From a virus (taxonomy: Duplodnaviria > Caudoviricetes), in the IMG/VR virus record IMGVR_UViG_3300025751_000073, positions 1 through 33,340 of that record: DNA of 33,340 nucleotides; one strand, 5' to 3'. Of this stretch, positions 15,497 through 23,665 are shown one piece after another (position 1 is the stretch's first letter; the number at the start of each line of letters is the position of its first letter). Under the pieces are notes generated by a model that was given only the letters and a program-made list of their open reading frames with translations, made no database searches and was not told the origin of the DNA. A program made the position numbers and the translations under genes.

Positions 15497-17314
15497 ATGC
15501 CAGTATATGATCCGATAAGAATATATTATACGGATAGACCACCAACAGAAATTTCTAATGTAAGATTTGATAATCTAAAAATATTAGATACTTTAGTAGT
15601 TGATAATAAAATTGGTATCGGATCAAATATTCCACAACAAAGATTAGATGTTGCTGGAAGTATTAAAATTGATAGTCAAATATATGATTCTGCAAATTCA
15701 CCTGGCGCTAATGGTGGGTATTTGAGTAGGGATGAAAATGGAATACGTTGGGTAGAATTAACGCCATCTTTTACCGAAGGAATCTATATACAAGACGACG
15801 GTGAATTTATACCAGTTGTTGGTGCTGCACAATCTTTTACTGTTATAAATTTTAAAAATGTCAATAGTTTGGGATTTGGTACAGAATCTGTAACTGCAGT
15901 ACCAAATCCCAGCAATCCAACTGGTATTGCTGATATAGAATCTCGTGATTTTTGGGGATATAATAATTTTGGGCAAATATTTAGATTTTCTCCAGTTGGT
16001 ATTAATACGTCTTCTCCATCTTATAATTTAGATGTAAGAGGAACATTTTATGCTGAGAATACTAATATTAATGGTACATTAGATGTCTCTGATGCCACTA
16101 CACTTAATAACACATTAGATGTTCTTAATGTTACTACACTTAGTAGTACACTAGATGTTTCTGGTGCTACTACACTTGGATTTACATTAGATGTTTCTAG
16201 TGCTACTACACTTAATAATACATTAGACGTCTCTGGTGCTACTACACTTAATAACACATTAGATGTTTCTAGTGCTACTACACTTGGATTTACATTAGAT
16301 GTTTCTAGTGCTACTACACTTAATAATACACTAGATGTTTCTAGTGCTACTACACTTAATAATACATTAGACGTCTCTGGTGCTACTACACTTAATAACA
16401 CATTAGATGTTTCTAGTGCTACTACACTTAATAACACATTAGATGTTTCTGGTGCTACTACACTTAATAACACATTAGATGTTTCTAGTGCTACTACACT
16501 TGGATTTACATTAGATGTTTCTGGTGCTACTACACTTGGATTTACATTAGATGTTTCTGGTGCTACTACACTTAATAACACATTAGATGTTTCTGGTGCT
16601 ACTACACTTAATAACACATTAGATGTTTCTGGTGCTACTACACTTAGTAGTACATTAGACGTCTCTGGTGCTACTACACTTAATAACACATTAGATGTTT
16701 CTGGTGCTACTACACTTAGTAGTACATTAGACGTCTCTGGTGCTACTACACTTAATAATACACTAAATGTTTCTGGTGCTACTACACTTAATAATACACT
16801 AAATGTTTCTGGTGCTACTACACTTAATAATACACTAAATGTTTCTGGTGCTACTACACTTAGTAGTACATTAGATGTTTTTGATACAAGTATTTTTAGA
16901 AATAAAGTAGATATTCAGGGGTCTTCTAATAATCTCCTTCAAATTAATTATACTGGATCTGGAAATGCATTTTCTGTTAACAATTACAAGTTCACTACAA
17001 AGCAAGTTAGTTTTGTACCAACACTTGGTGTTGGTGAAGTTATAGATACTTATTCTCTTTTTAATGAAGAATATGAGACTATAGAGTACACGCTAAATAT
17101 TGTCAATGGTACAAATATACAAGCACAAAAAGTTCTTGTTCTTCAAAACTTTAATAATGCCTATTGTGAAGAATATGGAATTATATTCAATAATTCTCCT
17201 ATAGTTTCTGTTGGAGTCTCTATTTTTAATAATACATATGAATTAAAACTGACACCAGAATCTGGAATAACAGGCATAGTAACTTGTAAATTTATTAGGG
17301 GATGTATTGAATAA
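15497..17314 (+). CDS. Tail fibre-like protein with 12-aa beta repeats
   Basis: IGIGSNIPQQRLDVAG and VGINTSSPSYNLDVRG fibre motifs, D..NSPG..G.YL, 22 x TLDVSGATTLNN, and C-terminal IDT......Y....Y...I..G..Q...V......EYG domain. Confidence 0.8.
   Translation: MPVYDPIRIYYTDRPPTEISNVRFDNLKILDTLVVDNKIGIGSNIPQQRLDVAGSIKIDSQIYDSANSPGANGGYLSRDENGIRWVELTPSFTEGIYIQDDGEFIPVVGAAQSFTVINFKNVNSLGFGTESVTAVPNPSNPTGIADIESRDFWGYNNFGQIFRFSPVGINTSSPSYNLDVRGTFYAENTNINGTLDVSDATTLNNTLDVLNVTTLSSTLDVSGATTLGFTLDVSSATTLNNTLDVSGATTLNNTLDVSSATTLGFTLDVSSATTLNNTLDVSSATTLNNTLDVSGATTLNNTLDVSSATTLNNTLDVSGATTLNNTLDVSSATTLGFTLDVSGATTLGFTLDVSGATTLNNTLDVSGATTLNNTLDVSGATTLSSTLDVSGATTLNNTLDVSGATTLSSTLDVSGATTLNNTLNVSGATTLNNTLNVSGATTLNNTLNVSGATTLSSTLDVFDTSIFRNKVDIQGSSNNLLQINYTGSGNAFSVNNYKFTTKQVSFVPTLGVGEVIDTYSLFNEEYETIEYTLNIVNGTNIQAQKVLVLQNFNNAYCEEYGIIFNNSPIVSVGVSIFNNTYELKLTPESGITGIVTCKFIRGCIE
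16076..16879 (+). repeat. 36-nt intragenic tandem repeat, 22 full copies
   Basis: acattagatgtttctggtgctactacacttaataac with NN/SS/GF end variants; exact 36-nt period from 16076 to 16867. Confidence 0.97.
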
Positions 17315-19558
17315 ATGCAGAAATATACTTTAAAAGTTAAAAGACCTCAAGATTGGCAAGAAATTCATAATCTTTTATGTCAGGAATCGCATTGTGATTG
17401 TATTCCGGATAGAATAGTATGTTGCTCTGACGATAAGGCACATAGTCCTACAAGATCTACTTATGAATTAACTGATAATGAAGTGGAAGAATTAAAAAAA
17501 CATGAAAAAATAGAATGGATTGAACTTTCCCCTTCAGATAATATTGATTCATACCCAAAACCAATTCCAAATGCAACTAGATTTTCTTCTAGTGTTAAAA
17601 TTTATAGAGATTTGGATTTTCATGCACCTCCTTTAACTAATCCAACTAATGCTGAATTGAATAGGATAAGTTGGGCATCAAAAAGATTGGAATTGCAGGA
17701 TAATACAACTTTTTGGAGCACGACTGGCAATCCACCTACACAAATTGGAAATTTAACTTATACAAAAACAGGAGCAAATGTTGATATAGTCATTCAAGAT
17801 GATGGAGTTCTTCAATATCATCCAGAATTTTTAAAATCTGATGGAACATCAAGAGTTCGTGATATTGTTTTAGATGGACCTTATTATATTGATCCATCTT
17901 ATTTTGTTACTAATGGATATACAGTTACTAAACCGGATGGAAGAACAGGAATTACGGAAGCATCGGCAAAAAATTGGTGGTCAAATTCATCAAATCGTTC
18001 TCCAGGATTTTCTACAATAGGAACAGTATCGATACCATCATTATATACAGAAAGTAATGCTCTTGGTTCTTCGTTGGATGGAAGTAACACAATAAGCGAT
18101 GGTCATGGGACTGCTGTTGCTGGATTATCAGCAGGAAAAAATATGGGTCTTTCTTTTGAAGCAAATATATGGAATATATCAGTAATTGTATCTTCCACTA
18201 ACCTTTCTGTCGAAGCAAGTCATGATTTAATAAAAATTTGGCATCAAAATAAACCAACAAATCCATCTACTGGAGTGAAAAATCCAACAGTAGTTAATGG
18301 AAGTTGGGGATATCTAGCAGGATTTTTTACTAATAGCACTGTTCAATATAAATTTCGTGGATTAACGGGCACATTTGTTGGATCAGATTCAGTATCTAAT
18401 CAAATTACGGCAATGAAAGAGGGATTAGTTAATCAAATAAATGGGGCATACAAGTCTTGGTCCACTTCATCAAGAAGCAATTCTACAGAAACAGCAGGAA
18501 ATGAATTATTAGATTCTGGAGTTATATTTGTTGCTTCTGCTGGCAATTGTAATCAAAGACTTGGCATTGGTGCCGGAGATCCTGATAAACTAAATTATAT
18601 GAGTGATTCTTTTTTTGGTACTACAGATCCAAGACCAGAATTTCCATCCGGCACAGTGCCATGTAATCATCGTGATTGGTTACATCCTCAAGGCATTGGA
18701 TATGATTCAATAAATGATTTTCATCCTGTAATATGTGTTGGTGCGATGGATGAGTATATTGAATCTAATTCTAAAGAAAGGAAGGCGTCCTATTCAAGTA
18801 ATGGTTCGGGGATTGATATATGGTCTCCTGCTGATGAAACATTGGCACCAGGAAAAAATGGATCACCTACTTATGCCACATATCAAAGAGTTGATGACAA
18901 TAGATTTTATGATTCTAGGTTTGGTGGAACAAGTGCTGCCGCGCCAGTAATATCAGGATTAATTGCTCTTTATATGGAAGAAAATCCAACAGCAACATCA
19001 GCACAAGTTAAAAGTTGGTTGAGTGTGACAGGATCTACTTTACTTACAGCAAATGAATACTTAGATCCTATTTCAGACGATACAACTACATCTTATTGGA
19101 CTGGTCTCTACAATATGAGAGGAGCACCAAAAAAAATTGCATATAATCCATATACTGACGGATCAACACCAGCTAATTTTCAAGCTTATCCAAATAAGAC
19201 ATATGTTTATGAGGGTGATGATATAATTATCACAGTAAATACAAATTCTTCTAATGATGGTACATATTATTATTCTATAGAAGCAGAACCATCTTCAAAT
19301 ATTCAACCTGGGGATTTTAATATAGGTTCACTGAGTGGTTCTTTTTCAATTATAAATGGTATTGGTACTGTACAATTAACTCTTTCAGATGATTCTCTTC
19401 AAGAAAGTAATGAAATTTTTAGATTTAGAATAAGAGAAACTAGTATAACTGGAAATATTATCGCAACCACTGAATATATTACTGCTTCTGATCAACCATC
19501 TGCTTCAACTGAACTTAGTCAATATCAAGTACCATTAAGAATTTATTTAAAATTCTAA
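17315..19558 (+). CDS. Subtilisin-like (S8) serine protease with C-terminal Calx-beta/Ig-like domain
   Basis: Catalytic triad in D-H-S order (IVIQDDGV, DGHGTAVAG, FGGTSAAAPVISG), oxyanion ASAGN, A.YSS.G..IDI..P, and C-terminal VYEGD...DDSLQE.NE.F. Confidence 0.92.
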   Translation: MQKYTLKVKRPQDWQEIHNLLCQESHCDCIPDRIVCCSDDKAHSPTRSTYELTDNEVEELKKHEKIEWIELSPSDNIDSYPKPIPNATRFSSSVKIYRDLDFHAPPLTNPTNAELNRISWASKRLELQDNTTFWSTTGNPPTQIGNLTYTKTGANVDIVIQDDGVLQYHPEFLKSDGTSRVRDIVLDGPYYIDPSYFVTNGYTVTKPDGRTGITEASAKNWWSNSSNRSPGFSTIGTVSIPSLYTESNALGSSLDGSNTISDGHGTAVAGLSAGKNMGLSFEANIWNISVIVSSTNLSVEASHDLIKIWHQNKPTNPSTGVKNPTVVNGSWGYLAGFFTNSTVQYKFRGLTGTFVGSDSVSNQITAMKEGLVNQINGAYKSWSTSSRSNSTETAGNELLDSGVIFVASAGNCNQRLGIGAGDPDKLNYMSDSFFGTTDPRPEFPSGTVPCNHRDWLHPQGIGYDSINDFHPVICVGAMDEYIESNSKERKASYSSNGSGIDIWSPADETLAPGKNGSPTYATYQRVDDNRFYDSRFGGTSAAAPVISGLIALYMEENPTATSAQVKSWLSVTGSTLLTANEYLDPISDDTTTSYWTGLYNMRGAPKKIAYNPYTDGSTPANFQAYPNKTYVYEGDDIIITVNTNSSNDGTYYYSIEAEPSSNIQPGDFNIGSLSGSFSIINGIGTVQLTLSDDSLQESNEIFRFRIRETSITGNIIATTEYITASDQPSASTELSQYQVPLRIYLKF

Positions 19559-19565
19559 ATAAATA
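19558..19565 (+). promoter_or_regulatory. Late promoter variant (CTAAATAAATA)
   Basis: Overlapping TAAATA motifs in the gap upstream of ATG 19579; AAGGA SD also present. Confidence 0.45.
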
Positions 19566-19578
19566 ATCAAAAAGGATA

Positions 19579-22500
19579 ATGGCAAATAAGGGATTTGGTG
19601 CAAAAGAAATAAATTTAATTGGAATTGGAACACCAACAATAGAATCCCCAACAGATTTGGATGTAGATGTATCTGGAAGCGTAAATTTAAGCAATGCTCT
19701 AGATGTTGATGGTAGAGTAGATGTACATAATGATTTATATGTCGATCAAAAAGTTGATGCCTTAGAGTATTTTGGTGATGGAGTAAATTTAACGGGTATT
19801 GTAACTCAAATCACTGCTGGCATTGGAATTAGAGTTCAAGGCACAGAAGATCCTGGAAAGGGAGTTGTAAATATTGATTCATATTTTCCAATTGGAAAAA
19901 CAATTTTTGTCACGCAAAACGGAAATGATAATAATAGTGGATTGACTGAGAATGATTCTAAAAGAACGATTAAAGCAGCATCATATATTTCTTTTCCAGG
20001 AGATACGATAAAAGTATATCCTGGCGTTTATCTTGAAGATAATCCCATTACATTACCAACGAGAGTTTCTGTTGAAGGTACAGAACTTAGAAATTGTATT
20101 GTTACACCAAAAAATCTAGATAGAGATTTATTTTATGTTAATAATAGTTGTCATGTAACTGATTTGAGTTTTATTGGTGGAAACATGACTAATGGAGCAG
20201 CAATTATTGCCCTTCAACCTTTGCTTGGTGTATCAACAGACAGATATTTTGATGCCTCAAGAATGATTCGTTATAATCTTGATTACATTGCAAAAGAATC
20301 TGTAGGGTTTCTGACAAGTGGTTTTAGTGGATTTGCTGGTAATCATAGAGAGCAAGATGCTGCAAAATTAATTGATTTAAATATTGATTACATTGCATCA
20401 GAAACAGTTGGATTTTTAACTACTGGATATGTTGGGAGTAATGGACAACCATTTATTGTTACCAATTCTTTAGGTGTTTCCACAGATCCATCTAATTGTG
20501 AAGATGATATTAAAGATATTTTGCGTTCTTTATCTTATGATTTGAAATCTGGAAGTAATAAAAAAGTTATTGGTGCGGGATTATCTTATTATGATAATGG
20601 AGTTCTGCAACATGTCACTGGAAATGATTCGAACGGAAATAGTATTAAACAAGCAACAATTGATGCGATTCAACATTCTGTTGGGATAGTAACGTATGTT
20701 GTTGATAACCAATCATACCCTACTTCATATACTTCATTATCACAAGATACCACTAGTTATATTCCAATCTCAGTTGTTGGTGGATGTTCTGACACAATTA
20801 CGACAATTGAAAATTTATCTGGAATCGTTACTAGTATTCTTGATGATATTAATAATCTCTCTGGTATTACAACAATATATGGAGTTACATTGGAGAGTGA
20901 TGATTGTGCAGATGACTTAAAGGATATATGGAAATGTATTAATCATGATATTACAAGAGGTGGAAATTTTAAGTGTGTTGGTGCAGGAAAATCATATTAT
21001 GATGAAAATTGGAATTTAATACCCGAAATATTAAAAAATCCAGGAGAAGTTGAACAAACCATTGCAACTCTTGATTATTCGTTTGATATTGTTAGAGCAG
21101 TCATTAATAATGTTTCTTGGGGAGGATTTTCTGTAGGTATTGGCACAACAGTAATTAATGCTGATTATGATTATCTTACAGGAATTGCGACAATTACTGC
21201 AAATAATCATGGTCTCAGTATAAATGACCCAGTAAAAATTTTAGATTTGGAATTCAGTTGTCCAGATAGTCCACCAAACTTGATATATCCATCCGGAAAT
21301 CTTGGATATATTTTTAACGTAAATAATGTTATTGATGGAAATACATTTGAAGTTGTTGTTGGTCAGTCAACTATTCCTCATACTTATCAAGGAGGTGGAA
21401 CAGTACAAAAATATACAAATTTTCAAAATGATATTGGACAACTAAAAGATGTTGCTATGCAACCTGACTATAAGACTGGTTTTAATAACGCAATTAATGG
21501 TTGTAGTGACGTAGTGTCAACTATTGAAAATTGTGTCGGAGTTGTTACAACAATTGTTGGACTTGGATATAGTTCTGGAATTGCGACTAGTTATCCTGGA
21601 AATATGGGAACTGGATTTTCTAATATTGTTGGAGTAACTTCTGCGGTTTATAATAATATTAATGGAATTGTAAATATAAGAGCACCTGGATTGAATGTTA
21701 AAGAAGGTGATATTATAGAAATGAGGGATTTACTTTTTGAGTGTTCTTCTGGTGGTTTTATATCGACACAGGCATTTCCATCCGGTAAATATGGATATAA
21801 TTTTTCAGTTACAAAAAAACAATATGATGGATCATTTGATGTAAGTGTTGGTGTATCTACTTTACCTCATACATATGTTTCTGGTGGATTTATAGTAAAT
21901 CGTGAAGTGGAAATTACAGGTGCTTTATATGATCATAATACTGGTATTACAACAATTACAGCACCAACAGCGATGGTTAAGATTGGTGATGTTATTTCAT
22001 TGAGAAATTTAGAATTTTCTTGTTCTAGTGGTGCGGGAACAACAACAATTTATCCAACAGGAAATAATGGATATGATTTTAGAGTGTTGGATGTTATTGG
22101 GATGGGACAAACATTTGTTGTAAATACTGGAAGGACAACTATACCGCATACCTACGAAGGAGGTGGTGTAGTATTTCCAACATATTCTCCTGGCGTTGGT
22201 CCAATTACACAAGGTCCTTATATAAGAAATTGTACAAATTTTGTTCCTGGAAGTGTAGGAATGAGAGTTGATGGATTTGAAGCAGAACCTGGAGATAAAG
22301 ATGATATTGGTGTTACTGGTACAATGAGTGTTGACTCATATACACAATATAATCAAGGTGGCATTGGAGTTTCTATTACTAATGGTGCTTATTCACAATT
22401 AGTTTCTATTTTTACTATTTGTGATGACATTGCAATTTTTACTGGATCTGGTGGACAATGTGACTTGACAAACTCAAACTCTTCATTTGGAAGAGTTGGT

Positions 22501-23310
22501 CTTTTAGCTGATGGTGTTGGTGATTCTAATACGAAATCATTGTATCGATATACAGCAGTTTGTGGTGAAGAAGCAGAAATAGAACAAGATACTATTGTTA
22601 TTGCTCAAAATGGACCATACCGCCCTTATGATGGACAGGCACTTTACTTTGGAGAATTGTATTATAATATTCAAAGTATTACCGTAACTGATGGGGGGAG
22701 TGGATATACTCAACCTCCTAGTGTTTTTATATCTTCTCCAACAGGTCCAACTGGAATTAATGCAGAAGCAATTGCCACTATTGATGAAAATGGGAAAGTT
22801 GTTTCTGTTGATATGGTAAGTGTTGGAAGTCAATATCAATATTCAGAACCACCTACGATTCAATTTGTTGGTGGTAATGGAATTGGTGCTTCTGCTATTC
22901 CAGTTTTAGAACCTATATATTATACTATTGAAAGTGCTACTGCTCCATCTTCTGGAATCTCTACAGTAATTTTACAACAAAATTTGAATAGTACAGTAAG
23001 TATTGGAACCACAGTTTATTTTAGTCGATTAAGTTTGCAGATTACGTCTTCACATTCTTTTGAATGGGTTGGATCTGGAAATGATATTAATCTTGCAAAG
23101 CCTGCTCTTGGTGGGGTTGTACAAACAGATAACGAAGTCATTAAGAAAAATGGTGGACAGGTAATTTATACAAGCACTGATCAAGCAGGTAATTTCAAAA
23201 TTGGGGATGATATTACAATTAATCAACTCACTGGAACTATTTCTGGTAGGGCATTTAGTCAAAGTTTGTTAAATACAGTAACACCCCTTATAATTGCTTT
23301 AAGTAAATAA
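19579..23310 (+). CDS. Large virion structural protein with pectin-lyase-like beta-helix interrupted by repeated modules
   Basis: IFVTQNGNDNNSG...RTIKAA....GDTIKV.PGVY.E beta-helix entry, resumed at GPYIRNCTNF...VDSYTQYN. Internal helical repeats and three FSC...YP.G..GY.F...PHTY..GG modules; ITVTDGGSGYT.PP motif. Confidence 0.75.
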   Translation: MANKGFGAKEINLIGIGTPTIESPTDLDVDVSGSVNLSNALDVDGRVDVHNDLYVDQKVDALEYFGDGVNLTGIVTQITAGIGIRVQGTEDPGKGVVNIDSYFPIGKTIFVTQNGNDNNSGLTENDSKRTIKAASYISFPGDTIKVYPGVYLEDNPITLPTRVSVEGTELRNCIVTPKNLDRDLFYVNNSCHVTDLSFIGGNMTNGAAIIALQPLLGVSTDRYFDASRMIRYNLDYIAKESVGFLTSGFSGFAGNHREQDAAKLIDLNIDYIASETVGFLTTGYVGSNGQPFIVTNSLGVSTDPSNCEDDIKDILRSLSYDLKSGSNKKVIGAGLSYYDNGVLQHVTGNDSNGNSIKQATIDAIQHSVGIVTYVVDNQSYPTSYTSLSQDTTSYIPISVVGGCSDTITTIENLSGIVTSILDDINNLSGITTIYGVTLESDDCADDLKDIWKCINHDITRGGNFKCVGAGKSYYDENWNLIPEILKNPGEVEQTIATLDYSFDIVRAVINNVSWGGFSVGIGTTVINADYDYLTGIATITANNHGLSINDPVKILDLEFSCPDSPPNLIYPSGNLGYIFNVNNVIDGNTFEVVVGQSTIPHTYQGGGTVQKYTNFQNDIGQLKDVAMQPDYKTGFNNAINGCSDVVSTIENCVGVVTTIVGLGYSSGIATSYPGNMGTGFSNIVGVTSAVYNNINGIVNIRAPGLNVKEGDIIEMRDLLFECSSGGFISTQAFPSGKYGYNFSVTKKQYDGSFDVSVGVSTLPHTYVSGGFIVNREVEITGALYDHNTGITTITAPTAMVKIGDVISLRNLEFSCSSGAGTTTIYPTGNNGYDFRVLDVIGMGQTFVVNTGRTTIPHTYEGGGVVFPTYSPGVGPITQGPYIRNCTNFVPGSVGMRVDGFEAEPGDKDDIGVTGTMSVDSYTQYNQGGIGVSITNGAYSQLVSIFTICDDIAIFTGSGGQCDLTNSNSSFGRVGLLADGVGDSNTKSLYRYTAVCGEEAEIEQDTIVIAQNGPYRPYDGQALYFGELYYNIQSITVTDGGSGYTQPPSVFISSPTGPTGINAEAIATIDENGKVVSVDMVSVGSQYQYSEPPTIQFVGGNGIGASAIPVLEPIYYTIESATAPSSGISTVILQQNLNSTVSIGTTVYFSRLSLQITSSHSFEWVGSGNDINLAKPALGGVVQTDNEVIKKNGGQVIYTSTDQAGNFKIGDDITINQLTGTISGRAFSQSLLNTVTPLIIALSK

Positions 23311-23311
23311 A

Positions 23312-23659
23312 ATGGCAGCAGTAGCTTTAAATAAATTTAGAACAATAAGAAAAAATATTACTACTAATATGGATACGGTTTACACTTGTCCTATTGGAGT
23401 CGCATCTATTGTAACTTTATTCCAAGTTACAAATGTTTCGACTGGCACTCATAGTGTAACAGCAGTACATTCTAGAAGCACAGAAGTTCAAGCAGATTAT
23501 AAATTTGCGAATGCTATCAATATACCGCAGAATGATGGAATCAATCTTATACCAGATGGAAAATTGGCTTTGGAAACAAATGATTTCATTAAAATTCAAG
23601 CAAGTGATAATGGAAGATTGGAATTAATATTAAGTGTGTTAGAAACAGCAAAACAATAA
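23312..23659 (+). CDS. Small beta-sandwich virion structural protein
   Basis: VYTCP.G..SIV....VTN...IP.ND......KL.LE..D.I...A......L.LS.LE pattern, common beside cyanophage fibre genes; tightly coupled to both neighbours. Confidence 0.7.
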   Translation: MAAVALNKFRTIRKNITTNMDTVYTCPIGVASIVTLFQVTNVSTGTHSVTAVHSRSTEVQADYKFANAINIPQNDGINLIPDGKLALETNDFIKIQASDNGRLELILSVLETAKQ

Positions 23660-23665
23660 AAAATT

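Noticed and set aside
13463-16689. Antisense ORFs 13463-14005 and 16048-16689
   Set aside because: They are mirror images of the tandem repeats in real plus-strand genes.
16076-16879. 36-nt repeats resembling a CRISPR array
   Set aside because: The units are head-to-tail with no unique spacers, lie in frame within a CDS, and no cas genes are present.
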